In this document: piece after piece, positions 50,303-60,855 of the stretch | Layout: every line of letters starts with the position of its first letter | Position numbering within the stretch: the first letter of the stretch is position 1 | DNA from: Escherichia coli | Lineage (GTDB): Bacteria > Pseudomonadota > Gammaproteobacteria > Enterobacterales > Enterobacteriaceae | Assembly (NCBI RefSeq): GCF_030384885.1 | Contig: NZ_CP128614.1 | Length of the DNA stretch: 64,000 nucleotides | Reading direction: 5' to 3' (one strand) | Made by a program: the position numbers and the translations under genes | Notes under the pieces: generated by a model | Databases searched by the model: none | Seen by the model: the letters and a program-made list of their open reading frames with translations, nothing else | What the model was told of the DNA's origin: nothing

Positions 50303-50905
50303 ATGATGAATAAAGAACAACTAATCGACAAACTGGAACGCGTGGTATGTGGTCAGTACTCCTACGAAATGCAGGAGCTTGCGTATTCGGCCCTCTGCTG
50401 CATTAAAGGCACCCCGGACGACTGCGCTAAGTTCCCTGTTACGCGTCCGCTGCCTGACACCTTAGTGGACGTATGGGACGAAATCGGGCAATACCTTGGC
50501 ACAGGCAAAGCCATTGAAACTCGCAGTTGCGGCGTTTCGCTTCTGCTTCATGGACACTGCTACGATTCAAATCATGTGCTTTACTGGCGCAATGCTGGCG
50601 CACTTCCAGCAGCTTGCGATACGCCACTGGCTGGTGGGTCTCGCAAACTGTTCACCTGCTCAGCCTGTGGAGTGGACGGTCTGGATGAACCACCTGAAAC
50701 CAGTTGCCACTGCTGCACAGAGGGGGCCCACTGGGTTGAGAGCAGGCTCTTCACCTCCGGGCAGGCAGACCCTGAAGAATTTAGACCCGTGGCGGTCGTG
50801 AAAGAGTGTGCAGGCTCAACGCCGGATGATCGGCTCATCTGGAGTGTGATTGAACAGCTCAACGGCGAACTGGCGGAAGGCGATAAACTATTTAAGCGAC
50901 GCTGA
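50303..50905 (+). CDS. Cysteine-rich hypothetical protein
   Basis: 200-aa ORF with many Cys residues (CC, C-x2-C, CHCC). Confidence 0.45.
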   Translation: MMNKEQLIDKLERVVCGQYSYEMQELAYSALCCIKGTPDDCAKFPVTRPLPDTLVDVWDEIGQYLGTGKAIETRSCGVSLLLHGHCYDSNHVLYWRNAGALPAACDTPLAGGSRKLFTCSACGVDGLDEPPETSCHCCTEGAHWVESRLFTSGQADPEEFRPVAVVKECAGSTPDDRLIWSVIEQLNGELAEGDKLFKRR

Positions 50906-50958
50906 CAGATCACGGCAGCATTTATAACAGACGAACTCCAGAATAATTTAAAGCAACC

Positions 50959-51315
50959 ATGAACATGAAAAAGCCCAAAGCTGCATTACAGAATGCCATG
51001 AAAGAAGATGTGCCAGCTGTGACACAGATTCAGATGCGATCTACGGTTTCCAGAAAGGTTCGCTATGTAAAACAGGCAAATCGAGAGGGTCTGAAATTAT
51101 CTGAGTGGATGTCGCGGCATCTCGACGCTGTCTGTGATACCGCAGATGAGATTCATAAAGGCAAACGCTCAACTCCGGTTGCGCCTGGGAAGATTCCCCC
51201 AGAGGTATACCAGGTGATATACGATCAGTGCGGCGGGTTCGTGGAGTGTGATGCTAATGCCCAGGTTATCTGGGAAGCCTGCCGTAATGCCATTCTTAAC
51301 GGAGACAAAGGGTAA
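50959..51315 (+). CDS. Hypothetical protein
   Basis: 118-aa ORF. Confidence 0.4.
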   Translation: MNMKKPKAALQNAMKEDVPAVTQIQMRSTVSRKVRYVKQANREGLKLSEWMSRHLDAVCDTADEIHKGKRSTPVAPGKIPPEVYQVIYDQCGGFVECDANAQVIWEACRNAILNGDKG

Positions 51316-51345
51316 ACGGCAGGTATCGCCTGTCATTTTACCCTT

Positions 51346-51564
51346 GTGAGGACAATACTGATGAACCATGAGAGCCGAACTGTATACCTGAACACGGCCA
51401 TTGAGGCCCTGCTGAAAGCTGAGGCGGCTCTGAACGATCTGGCATTAGCCTATGAGCTTAAACCTGATGAAAAGGCAAGCGCATGCCATCCCAGAACCGG
51501 CACACTTTCCACTGCGTCCCAGGTAAAAAAACTCCGCCGTGTCCTTGAGAAGCAGAAGGTATGA
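51346..51564 (+). CDS. Hypothetical small protein
   Basis: 72-aa ORF. Confidence 0.3.
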   Translation: MRTILMNHESRTVYLNTAIEALLKAEAALNDLALAYELKPDEKASACHPRTGTLSTASQVKKLRRVLEKQKV

Positions 51565-51573
51565 AGGGCTGCA

Positions 51574-51876
51574 TCAGCCAGGCCCGGATATAAATACATG
51601 CTCTGCCAGGTGAGTACCACTGCCCGGTAGCCGAATGATAAGTTTTGATTTCACGGTTGCAATTTCTCCCTCTGGCATCACTGCTCCACGATGCACCCCG
51701 ATCAGCTTAGCGTCTGAAAATGAAGATGCACCGGACCTGCATGAAGCGGAACGGTGCCCAGCTGAGTGTTTGTGGGCACAATGAACCGCAATTTCATGAT
51801 GGGAATGAAAGATGGCTGGTGGCCCGCTGATATGAACGCTTACCCTGCATAACGTTACTAACCACAATCTTTTCAC
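51574..51876 (-). CDS. Hypothetical protein (His/Cys-rich)
   Basis: 100-aa ORF. Confidence 0.3.
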   Translation of the reverse strand: MKRLWLVTLCRVSVHISGPPAIFHSHHEIAVHCAHKHSAGHRSASCRSGASSFSDAKLIGVHRGAVMPEGEIATVKSKLIIRLPGSGTHLAEHVFISGPG

Positions 51877-51888
51877 TAAAAGAAAAAA

Positions 51889-51917
51889 GGGTTCCTCCGC
51901 TTTAGAGGAACCCTTTC
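51889..51917 (-). terminator. Terminator-like hairpin
   Basis: GGGTTCCTC-N7-GAGGAACCC flanked by A/T runs. Confidence 0.45.
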
Positions 51918-51970
51918 AAAAGGTGCCGATGGCATACTAATCCACACCCTGAAAAGAGGGGGGTTGCCCC

Positions 51971-53309
51971 CATAAGCGCTAACTTAAGGGTTGAACCATC
52001 TGAAGAATGCGACGCCTCGGTGCCTCGTTAAGACGATGCCTCGCGTTCTTCAATTGCGTTTTGTAGGCTGTCAGGGATACTGTCCCACGAATGGCCACCT
52101 GTAAGCTCCAGATGACCATTTTTGTTATTCTCCACAACGAGTTAGTTCTTCTTTTCGGATCCGGCACTTCTGGGGGGGAAATCCAGCGATGGCTGGATTA
52201 TGTCGTCAATTAAAAATGCGGCGAGTAGATTAGCAAATATCCACGCTTTCGCGAGTTCAGGTTCCTTTGCACGCAAAGCATCCAGGTGCAGCAAACTTTT
52301 GAGCCGCTTAAAAGCCAGTTCAATTTGCCATCGCAGACGGTAACAATCAGCCACTTGCTCTGCTGAATATTCATCTTCCGGTAATGATGTTAGCAATAGC
52401 ACATGGCCCGCTGCTTCCAGCGTTTCCGCCTGAACTACTCGTCCTTTTCGACGATTCTCGCTGAGCAGTCGGGTTTTACTGATTAATGCTTTTTCGGGAG
52501 GAAGTGATACGGCAATGAGACGTGCCGGAAAGGGAGCTCCGGCTTTTTTATTACCTGAATTGCCTATCATTACAGTGGTTTCACCGTTCTTACCGCAATC
52601 CAGCCCGCGCAGAAAACCCATCATGTCAAAGCGCATTCCTTCTGCAGTTAACCAGCGCAATCCTCGCCAGTGAACCCGGACGATATAATCAGCTTCTCCA
52701 AAAGCAAGTGAGCGGATACATTCGGGACGCGAACCGAATCCCCGGTCAGCAATGCGTATCTCGTCTGCCGTTTGCGCAAATCGGTCCAGCCGTTCAGCGT
52801 CTCTGCTGTCGGTTAGCTCAAAATCAGTGAACTGACAGGTATGAGGATCATATCCCATATGTAGTCGCCATTCAGCGCTGCCGCCCCCGGGCGCACTGAT
52901 TGCTGTTCCATCGACAAGACGCAATCTCTTTCCGCTTGTACAACCCGTAACTGCGGCGCGTACAGCAAGTGTTTGTGCGGCAAGTATGCCAAACCAGTCG
53001 GCGGCATTCCGCAGCCGCTTCAGGAGAGCCACGTCAGATAATGTTGCAACGTCATGGAGCTGAGCCCATGCAGTGACTTCACGTAATGACATCCCCCCGG
53101 GGCCGTAAGCCAGCCCCAGACGTAGCAGAGTTGCAGCATCACGAATTTCGCGGCGGCGGGTTAGAGCCCCGGCATTACGTGCCGAAGTATCCAGTTCTTC
53201 GGGCTTACCAATATGGGCCAGAATTGCTGACCAGTTATCGTGAGAGTAATTCATCGGCACGTTAAATCATATCAGGCGTAATACCACAACCCTTAAGTTA
53301 GCGCTTATG
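51971..53309 (-). mobile_element. IS186: IS186 (IS4 family) with 11-bp target-site duplication GGGGTTGCCCC
   Basis: 23-bp terminal inverted repeats CATAAGCGCTAACTTAAGGGTTG at both ends; direct repeats GGGGTTGCCCC at 51960-51970 and 53310-53320. Confidence 0.9.
52142..53254 (-). CDS. IS186 transposase
   Basis: Translation MNYSHDNWSAILAHIGKPEELDTSARNAGALTRRREIRD… matching IS186 transposase as recalled. Confidence 0.9.
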   Translation of the reverse strand: MNYSHDNWSAILAHIGKPEELDTSARNAGALTRRREIRDAATLLRLGLAYGPGGMSLREVTAWAQLHDVATLSDVALLKRLRNAADWFGILAAQTLAVRAAVTGCTSGKRLRLVDGTAISAPGGGSAEWRLHMGYDPHTCQFTDFELTDSRDAERLDRFAQTADEIRIADRGFGSRPECIRSLAFGEADYIVRVHWRGLRWLTAEGMRFDMMGFLRGLDCGKNGETTVMIGNSGNKKAGAPFPARLIAVSLPPEKALISKTRLLSENRRKGRVVQAETLEAAGHVLLLTSLPEDEYSAEQVADCYRLRWQIELAFKRLKSLLHLDALRAKEPELAKAWIFANLLAAFLIDDIIQPSLDFPPRSAGSEKKN

Positions 53310-53332
53310 GGGGTTGCCCCCCTCTTTGTCAG

Positions 53333-53548
53333 CTACTTACCGGATTCGTAGGCCAGGATAGCAAATACCTCCCTTGTTCCGTCTTTCATCCGCAACTCGC
53401 AAAGCGAGTTTCGTGTGAGCCAGGTGAATATCAACAGCGTTAAACAAACTATTAATATGCACAAAACAATGGGTTGGTTCGGCATTTTCATGGCCTTCTT
53501 CTCCTTGCATTTAAGCAGGCAAGAGGCTACGCTGTGTGTGACTAGCAT
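53333..53548 (-). CDS. Small membrane protein between IS186 and IS150
   Basis: 71-aa hydrophobic ORF; its terminator hairpin is the IS186 target. Confidence 0.3.
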   Translation of the reverse strand: MLVTHSVASCLLKCKEKKAMKMPNQPIVLCILIVCLTLLIFTWLTRNSLCELRMKDGTREVFAILAYESGK

Positions 53549-53589
53549 ACAGGGGCCTCGGGTTGTACTGACCCCAGAAAGTTGGACAG

Positions 53590-54441
53590 TTAAACACGAG
53601 GCATATAGGTCTGATTCCGATATTCAATTGGAGTCAGACCTTTTAATTTCAGGCTAATTCTTCTGCTGTTGTAGTATTCAATATATTCCGTAACAGCATC
53701 CTTCAGCTCGCTTATATTACTGAACTCATCAAGATAAAAACACTCCGACTTTAAGGTTCCAAAGAAACACTCCACCACAGCATTATCCAGACAATTGCCT
53801 TTTCTGGACATGCTTTGTTTAATACCATGTTCTTTAAGGATATTTTGATATCTTCTCATACGATACTGCCATCCCTGGTCAGAGTGCAGAACAGGATGCT
53901 CGTGAGGATTAAGCTTTTTGAATGCCTGATCGAGCATATTCTCGACCATGTTCATCACTGGTCTTTCCGAAAGGCTGTAAGAAATAACTTCGTTGTTGAA
54001 GAGATCTATTACTGGAGACAAATACAGCTTGCGCCCATTGACTGCAAATTCAGTAACATCGGTAACCCACTTCTCGTTTGGCCGCGTAGCCTTGAAATCT
54101 CTTTGGAGAACATTGGGGGCGGTTTGCCCTACCTCTCCTCTGTAAGAGCGGTATCGCTTGACCTTAATCGCTGCCTTCAGTGAGAGGATTCCCATCAGGC
54201 GCTGAACAGCTTTATGGTTAATCTGTTTCCCTTCTCGATGAAGAGACAGCGTTACCCTACGGTATCCGTATCGGCCTCTATTCTCATGATAAATCTCACC
54301 AATACGCTTTTTAACGTCCGCATACTTGTCAGGCTTGCTGAGAGCCTTTAGATGGTAATAAAACGTACTGCGCGGTATCTCCGCAGCCCTGAGAAGCTCA
54401 TCAAGAGGATAAAACTGCCTTAGCTCGTTGAGTACTTTCAC
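53590..54441 (-). CDS. insK: IS150 OrfB (InsK-like DDE integrase domain; OrfAB made by -1 frameshift)
   Basis: 283-aa ORF overlapping orfA by 4 bp in the -1 frame. Confidence 0.9.
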   Translation of the reverse strand: MKVLNELRQFYPLDELLRAAEIPRSTFYYHLKALSKPDKYADVKKRIGEIYHENRGRYGYRRVTLSLHREGKQINHKAVQRLMGILSLKAAIKVKRYRSYRGEVGQTAPNVLQRDFKATRPNEKWVTDVTEFAVNGRKLYLSPVIDLFNNEVISYSLSERPVMNMVENMLDQAFKKLNPHEHPVLHSDQGWQYRMRRYQNILKEHGIKQSMSRKGNCLDNAVVECFFGTLKSECFYLDEFSNISELKDAVTEYIEYYNSRRISLKLKGLTPIEYRNQTYMPRV

Positions 54442-54959
54442 TTTTTCGTGGGATGAGCTAAGGCTTTCAGCTTTTTTAGATACACAAGCCGCGTTTCAAG
54501 AAATCGAACTTGCCTTTCAAGATCCTCAATGCGTCGGTCTTTTGACAGCTCCAATGCTGATGCCGCTTTTTCTGGATCAACTGATATTGCAATGTTTCTT
54601 TTGGTGCCAATCTTGAGCGCGCGTAAACCAGCTTCTCCGCGCTCTTCATAAACCTTCAGCCACCTGGCTACAGAACCACTACCAGCAAGCATAAAGTGAG
54701 CAGCAGCCTGATTAAGGGACATGTGCTGCTCGATCACCGCTTTCACGACCTTAATACGCAACTCAGGATCAGCACTAACACCTTTAGGTTTGGGAATTAA
54801 ACCTTTTTCTCCATGTTTTTCATAGAGGGCAACCCATGTCCTGACCTGGGTTCGGGGGACACCAAAACGTGCCGAGATGATCCTGTAACCATCATCAGTA
54901 GTGAAGTAGTGATTCACGACTTCAAGGCGCTTTTCAAAAGGGTATTTTGGCTTTGACAT
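54438..54959 (-). CDS. insJ: IS150 OrfA (InsJ-like, HTH)
   Basis: 173-aa ORF MSKPKYPFEKRLEVVNHYFTTDDGYRIISARFGVPRTQVRTWVALYEKHG…. Confidence 0.9.
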   Translation of the reverse strand: MSKPKYPFEKRLEVVNHYFTTDDGYRIISARFGVPRTQVRTWVALYEKHGEKGLIPKPKGVSADPELRIKVVKAVIEQHMSLNQAAAHFMLAGSGSVARWLKVYEERGEAGLRALKIGTKRNIAISVDPEKAASALELSKDRRIEDLERQVRFLETRLVYLKKLKALAHPTKK

Positions 54960-55291
54960 ATCAGGGGCTATTCCATTTCATCGTCCAACAAAATGGGTGC
55001 AGTACAGGTTAATTGAAAAATTACTCGGGGCTTTCTGCTTTTACCACAGTCAAACAGTGTTACCGCTGGCTGGGGCAAAAGCCTCCAGCACCAGCGTCAT
55101 TATATCACTCTGCCCTGATCAGCCAAACACCCTGCCTGCATAAATCATTGATTTATAATTTATTTGACATGAGTCACTTCCGGTTGTCGGAGACAGTCTT
55201 TTTACACTAAAGAAAAGGGTAACGGGCAGCTGCTTGGTCGGAACATACAGTGCAGTTCCTGCCCGTTTAATTTCCGGATGCAATGGTAGGA

Positions 55292-55897
55292 TCAGGAGGC
55301 ACTGGTTCCGTTGATTAGGGAAAGCTTATGTGCCTGAATACGGCTGTATTCGAGATGGGATGGAATATTACAGATGCGCTCCAGTCGATCATGCAGCCTC
55401 GTGTAGGTCAGTCGATGAATACCGGACATTTCATCAAGTAGCCAGCGCTTGATGTAAGGGTTACAGGAAAGCCGGGCAAGATCGTCGTCATCCACTTCGT
55501 CAAAGAACCAGTACTGCTCCATCGGGACTACCTGAAATATCCACGGCCGGGGATAGTCCCCTGTGACAACCAAAAACCATGCGAGAAAGCATAGACACAG
55601 CTCAACGATCATCAGCATCGAAAATTGCGAATAACTTAGACCAGGCACATAGGGTGAACTATCCGCAACATACCCCCTGAACAATTCCGCCACAAGGTAG
55701 CCCAATAGCGACAAGGCCAGCATCAGGGTCAGGATTAATCCCCCATTAAACGCTACCGAAGCCTTTTGAACCCGATCAGGTGCTGTCCGGCTGCGATAGT
55801 TGGTCACTACTCTTTCTACAAGTGCCCTTATGGCAGCCTGTTCTTTACTGACATCAGCTCCGGAAAAACCGGACGGGCTTTTATTTAATTCAGTCAT
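55292..55897 (-). CDS. Hypothetical membrane protein
   Basis: 201-aa ORF with two or more hydrophobic helices. Confidence 0.45.
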   Translation of the reverse strand: MTELNKSPSGFSGADVSKEQAAIRALVERVVTNYRSRTAPDRVQKASVAFNGGLILTLMLALSLLGYLVAELFRGYVADSSPYVPGLSYSQFSMLMIVELCLCFLAWFLVVTGDYPRPWIFQVVPMEQYWFFDEVDDDDLARLSCNPYIKRWLLDEMSGIHRLTYTRLHDRLERICNIPSHLEYSRIQAHKLSLINGTSAS

Positions 55898-56112
55898 ACC
55901 CCACTCCTGTTATGTGCTCTACTGAACAAACACGTAGATCATACAGAGCTCACGGACGCACTCCTGCCAGATAAAGGAGGGAATTTGGCTGTAAGACGGT
56001 TAGCCAACAGTTCAGGTTATGCGTGGGATCCGGCCAGTCAGAAAGGATTCCGTTATTAACAGGCAAGGTTAAAGGCAGATGGACGTTGAAATTGTGGATG
56101 CTAAAAGGGGTA

Positions 56113-56394
56113 TTACTCTTTTTCCTGCATAGCGGCTTTTTCAGCCCGGGTGGCCAGGCGAGCATTTCCGAAAGGTTCACGGACAAGCAGGGGCTTCTCC
56201 TTCTTCCAGCCCCTGATAGCCGTTTCTCCAAAACGACGTGGTGCATTGCCGTTCCAGCGAGCAATCACATGATTATCATGAATTTCTATAATGACAACGG
56301 GGTGGACAATGACCGTTGTAATGGTGGTATTTCCCATTTTGGTACGGGTTACAGACCAAACCTGCATCCCGGATTCCAGCTGGCTGATTTTCAT
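56113..56394 (-). CDS. Hypothetical protein
   Basis: 93-aa ORF. Confidence 0.35.
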   Translation of the reverse strand: MKISQLESGMQVWSVTRTKMGNTTITTVIVHPVVIIEIHDNHVIARWNGNAPRRFGETAIRGWKKEKPLLVREPFGNARLATRAEKAAMQEKE

Positions 56395-56768
56395 ATTATA
56401 TCCTTAAGCCAACACGAACTGCGCCACAAAAATTAATGTGGCGCAATTTACCATAAACAATAAACATCAGATACCCGTGAAGAGATTTCCCTTTATTTTA
56501 AAATTCTTCTGGAGAAAAAATGATATTTCCAGAAGAAGTCAGCGAAATTCAGAAACGGCCATCACAATGGTGCTGCGCTGACGCTGGCGTTCTGCCTTGC
56601 GCTGCCTGCGGCGATAGATCTATTTTGCGCTGACGTAAGGGCAGTCCTCACGGGTATACCAGCAGCAGCCGCAAGGTTCGGGCCGGGGTTTTCCGGCAAG
56701 TCCAAATGGTTTCATCAAGTCACCTTTTTAATATTTTTAATGGCAAGATACTTCCCTAACACATTGTT

Positions 56769-57080
56769 TTATCGCATATAACGCTGTTGCATAAACAGAT
56801 ACAGATAACCCTCAGGAGAAAACATGCAAAGGTTATCAGTGATAACCGCATCCAGATACCGAGTGTCAGTCTGTAAACGTTTTATCACCAGAAAATGTGC
56901 TGCCGCAGCCTTAATGCCAGAACTACCGTTTACAACATTATGTATACCCGCTTCGAATAACGAACGAGCATGAATTACCTTTTCCCGGGCCGCTTCGATC
57001 TCCGCATTAATAACGCATTGCCGCGCCTGGATGACTGCCTCTCCGGTTAAATCGCGGAAATTCATTAGAGATGTGATCAT
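56769..57080 (-). CDS. Hypothetical protein
   Basis: 103-aa ORF. Confidence 0.35.
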   Translation of the reverse strand: MITSLMNFRDLTGEAVIQARQCVINAEIEAAREKVIHARSLFEAGIHNVVNGSSGIKAAAAHFLVIKRLQTDTRYLDAVITDNLCMFSPEGYLYLFMQQRYMR

Positions 57081-57302
57081 GATTAACTCTCCAGATTATG
57101 TGGAATCATTATAACAACTGGCATCCCGCCACAAATAACCTGAGAAAAATTCTTTGAAATATTCCTATATATAAGGAATTACAGTCGGAAAAGAAACGAT
57201 GAAATAGCGCCGACCGCTTAAAATCGATAAATTAAAATGGACGGCACTGGAATGAAAAACTGAAAGTAGTAAGACCGTAATTATCCTTCACGGATGTAAG
57301 CT

Positions 57303-57503
57303 TTATAAGAGGAGTACTGGCAAAGCTTTGCCAAGTACTTCGGCGGTTGTGTCTACGATTTTACGGATGTCATCGATCTGCGAAGGCTTATTCAACACCA
57401 CCGTAAAAAGCTCTCCTTCGTTATCAGCCTGCTCGCAGTTTCCGTATCGGCTCCCGTCGTACAGCTGCACAATACGTGACATAGAAGACTTTGTTTGTTT
57501 CAT
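57303..57503 (-). CDS. Hypothetical small protein
   Basis: 66-aa ORF just downstream of paralog 1. Confidence 0.3.
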   Translation of the reverse strand: MKQTKSSMSRIVQLYDGSRYGNCEQADNEGELFTVVLNKPSQIDDIRKIVDTTAEVLGKALPVLLL

Positions 57504-57542
57504 GGCTTTGCACCTGCTTTTAGGCAGTTTGGTTACTGGTTA

Positions 57543-57767
57543 TCAGAAGCTGGTTTCATGCGCTTCCGGCTGGGACACGAACTGGTATTTGACGCCGCCA
57601 GGCACACCTACTGCTTCGGCAATAGAGTCGCAAAGCCGCGATAAATCATTTAGTGTCATCGGATATTCAATATCTACAGAATATAAAGCACCTGCATTTT
57701 CAGCATCTTCGATGTTTTTATACTGGGCACTAAATATAGCAATGGTCTGAATTTCGTGGTTATGCAT
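57543..57767 (-). CDS. Small conserved protein, paralog 1 (shares …YPMTLNDLSRLCDSIAEAVGVPGG… with 62732..62971)
   Basis: 74-aa ORF clearly homologous to the 79-aa ORF at 62732..62971. Confidence 0.5.
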   Translation of the reverse strand: MHNHEIQTIAIFSAQYKNIEDAENAGALYSVDIEYPMTLNDLSRLCDSIAEAVGVPGGVKYQFVSQPEAHETSF

Positions 57768-58165
57768 GAACCGGTCCTTATTAAATTATAAAAGCCACCC
57801 GAGAGTGGCCTGAGTTGAAACTTAAATCTGTGAAGTATTTTTGAGAGATTTTTTGCGATCCAGATGCCGGGCAACAATGGTTCCGATAACAAGTAGCATG
57901 ATGACCGCACTGAAGAAGGTGCTGTCAGGGACGCCCTGGAAAAAATCACTGAAACTGTAAACAATAAAAATCAATGCGCAAAAATAGAAAACGATACGAA
58001 CATAAGGGGTAAAAAACATTTTCATCGGTTGCCTTCCATTCAGGGAGAATTCTCAGTAATTACATCACACCTGAAGAGAAACTATTTTCGTATAAATGAG
58101 CATTTTCGACATATCAGAGGGGGGGTTTACTCATAAATGAGGTAGTAAGGGTCACACTTGAGGTG

Positions 58166-58176
58166 AAAGTTACTTT
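58166..58176. repeat. Palindrome AAAGTTACTTT, copy l (intergenic)
   Basis: Read directly (GTGAAAGTTACTTTCCTGG). Confidence 0.6.
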
Positions 58177-58204
58177 CCTGGCTGCGAACGAACTATCTCA
58201 AATG

Positions 58205-58498
58205 TTAGAGGTGTGCGTTCGCCTTGAGAGCCTCATGCCCTGAGGAGCTCAACTTGAGCCGATAGTATAAACCTGGCTCCAGATGGCTTGCTGGCTGGCA
58301 TAACTCCACGAGGCCGAGCCGGAACAGGACCGGAGAGCTCCTGCACGTCACATCATCAGGATTCCCCATAAACGTACGCCGTTCTCTGGCCCGTCTGAAA
58401 TTGCCAGAGATATCATAGACCGTGCCGGATGCCATCCGTCGTAACACGTAAATCTGTGCCATTGTAAGCTTCTGGGCGGAACTGCTTAAACCTGACAT
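58205..58498 (-). CDS. Hypothetical protein
   Basis: 97-aa ORF. Confidence 0.3.
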   Translation of the reverse strand: MSGLSSSAQKLTMAQIYVLRRMASGTVYDISGNFRRARERRTFMGNPDDVTCRSSPVLFRLGLVELCQPASHLEPGLYYRLKLSSSGHEALKANAHL

Positions 58499-58577
58499 AC
58501 CTTCCCCTCCTTATATAAAACAATCCGCCAGCAGCTCGACTGGCGGACAATGTTTGACTGGCAACAGCAAGGACATA

Positions 58578-59069
58578 CTATTTAGTGACAAGTTTGATCT
58601 TGGTTTCACTCATTCGAAGTCGAAACTCCTGAAAACCCTGCTCTACCGCTAACTCCAGCCACTCAACGGGAATGGTATAGCTACAATCAGACCCACCCAA
58701 AGCGGCATCACAAGCGTAATCCCAGTCCTCATCCAGTTTTGGATTCATCCCCTGGGCGTAAGCCACAGTATCGCGGGATGCGGGAGAGCCCTCAAGCTCA
58801 GCATTAGTGATCAGGTATACACCATGACTGTGCGCGAGAAGCACTTTTGGCACCAGATGTGTGCTGGCAATTTTTGAGGATGAGGGAAAGAAAACCCTAC
58901 CAGCTTTACGCGCCTCTTCTTCAGTCTGTCCCTCAGCGTTAAGGAGGGCTCCCCCCGGATAGCATGCCGGGTCATAGATCTGATCTGCGGTGACCGAAAA
59001 CGTTTTTGCGGTGCGAATTTCTTCGATCAGTTTATTAATATCCGCCATTTCAAATACGAGAGTGGTCAC
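58578..59069 (-). CDS. Hypothetical protein
   Basis: 163-aa ORF. Confidence 0.45.
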   Translation of the reverse strand: MTTLVFEMADINKLIEEIRTAKTFSVTADQIYDPACYPGGALLNAEGQTEEEARKAGRVFFPSSSKIASTHLVPKVLLAHSHGVYLITNAELEGSPASRDTVAYAQGMNPKLDEDWDYACDAALGGSDCSYTIPVEWLELAVEQGFQEFRLRMSETKIKLVTK

Positions 59070-59073
59070 AGGC

Positions 59074-59421
59074 TTACTCTCCCTCTTCAGTGGACAACAT
59101 CAGATACTTTGTTGCCAGCAGAAGCTCTCCCACATCCTTGAGGGACAATTCAGCTTTGCCTTCTACGGCAAGCTGCAAGCGCTGTCGAATTGCATGAACA
59201 GAATCTGAAGATAAAGATGCCATTTTGCGCAAAACGGCATTAGCCTTTTCTACAGCAGGATACAGAATTTCTGAGTTGGTATTATCTTCGTCATTATCAA
59301 AGATAATTTCAGAATCCATATTGATGTTATCTTCAAGCCAGCTTGAAAGCACTTCAAGTAATGACATCACCTTTTCAATTTGCATATCGCCTCCTCTGTT
59401 AATGTGAAACAAATATAACAA
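59074..59421 (-). CDS. Hypothetical acidic protein
   Basis: 115-aa ORF 4 bp downstream of the previous gene's start. Confidence 0.4.
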   Translation of the reverse strand: MLYLFHINRGGDMQIEKVMSLLEVLSSWLEDNINMDSEIIFDNDEDNTNSEILYPAVEKANAVLRKMASLSSDSVHAIRQRLQLAVEGKAELSLKDVGELLLATKYLMLSTEEGE

Positions 59422-59900
59422 AGTGGCTTACCCGGCTAATAACCTGAGCAGAAAGTTTTCGCACTTTGTTTGAAAACAACTTTTCTGCTCAGGTTAATGT
59501 TAAAGTCGCTGTGTAAAAGATAAAGGGCACTAAAGATGATTTAAGCATCAAACAGACTAAATCGGATTCCGTCTTTTATATCGCTTTTAAAATAGAATGA
59601 ATGAAATATAAATTTAGCGTTTATGATTGAACGCTGTAGAGGTTGATTTATCCAGTGATATTCAGTTTGGGGCCTTAAAAAGGTTTTATTTTGGATTCGA
59701 ATTACAAAGGGAGCACCGACATTTTTCTGGGGGCTCCCGCAGAGAAAAAGCGGTGAGGCTATGAAGACGAAGAGGAGGTATTCGACGAAATACTGTATGG
59801 CCACAGGAGAGCTTCAGCACCCATATCCTGCCGTCTCGCTCGCCTGTAATGATTTCAACATGTACAACGTCATACCACGTAGTTGTATTTCTCACTTTGT

Positions 59901-60221
59901 TTATGCTTCCTGACACCGTGTGAACGCAATCTTCGTCTGGATGCGTTCATAGATGGAAAACTGCCTTTCAATGGAACCGGCATTAGACAGTAATTCATGA
60001 AGCTCAGCAGAGTCTGTATCGGGAACGATAGCTACAGAAACTCCATATCTCCGTCCAATTTTGATTAGGTGCGCAAGCTGTTCTTTTTCGGATTCTGTGA
60101 GCATTGCCAGATCTCTTCCGGACACCTGCTCTATAAACGAACCAAGGTTTTTGGGAAAAAAGGGTTCGGCATCAGAGTTATGTGCTGGGCGCGTCTGCGG
60201 CTTATCGAAGCTATTGGGCAT
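59901..60221 (-). CDS. Hypothetical protein
   Basis: 106-aa ORF. Confidence 0.4.
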   Translation of the reverse strand: MPNSFDKPQTRPAHNSDAEPFFPKNLGSFIEQVSGRDLAMLTESEKEQLAHLIKIGRRYGVSVAIVPDTDSAELHELLSNAGSIERQFSIYERIQTKIAFTRCQEA

Positions 60222-60372
60222 GAATAGAACCTATACAGTTAGAGAACTGGAGAATGGATAAAGACTCTATGAAAATCAGTTGTGCTACACTCGAATGCTA
60301 ATCAAGCTTTATGATGGCTTTAGTAGGGATGGCCGTCAACTTAAACCGATAAGAAGGGAGCCATTTATCGTT

Positions 60373-60383
60373 AAAGTAACTTT
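60373..60383. repeat. Palindrome AAAGTAACTTT, copy m (intergenic)
   Basis: Read directly (TTAAAGTAACTTTCCCGG). Confidence 0.6.
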
Positions 60384-60400
60384 CCCGGATGATGCTCTTT

Positions 60401-60628
60401 TTACGAAATAAGTTTCTCACACTCCTGTATAAGAGTCGCCCTGGAACGAGATCGACTGGCTTTGCTTAATGAAGAGCGTAGTTGATGTTCATCAACCCCA
60501 TCAGCGATAAACTGACCGATTTTTGTTTCAAGCCGCTGCATTGCCTCGTAAAGCTTGGCATCCGCATTATTTTTAAGAAACCTCAGTATATAATCAGCAA
60601 TAATTTGGACGGGAGTGAACTTATACAT
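60401..60628 (-). CDS. Hypothetical small protein
   Basis: 75-aa ORF; a palindrome copy lies just past its stop. Confidence 0.35.
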   Translation of the reverse strand: MYKFTPVQIIADYILRFLKNNADAKLYEAMQRLETKIGQFIADGVDEHQLRSSLSKASRSRSRATLIQECEKLIS

Positions 60629-60855
60629 TATGTATCCTTAAGACGTTGTGTTAAATGATTCAAAAAAATTTATAACCAGACGTAAATTATTATACATAAG
60701 TAAGCACTTTAGCTAACAAGCTGGAGGAGTGAATTTCGGTTAGCAACTATATTTTAGAAGCTGATTGCTGAATAGACAAAGCCCGGCTTACCGGGCATTC
60801 ATTTAATTAGATGCTAGAAATCTGACCCGTCGTCTGACTTTTATTCCAGGCAGAG

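Larger units (their letters stand above)
53564..55006 (-). mobile_element. IS150: IS150 (IS3 family, 1443 bp) with 3-bp target duplication GGT
   Basis: Ends TGTACTG…/…CAGTACA; GGT at 53561-53563 and 55007-55009; two overlapping frames encode OrfA and OrfB. Confidence 0.9.

Noticed and set aside
52522-52830. 102-aa plus-strand ORF inside IS186
   Set aside because: Antisense to the IS186 transposase; no support as an independent gene.
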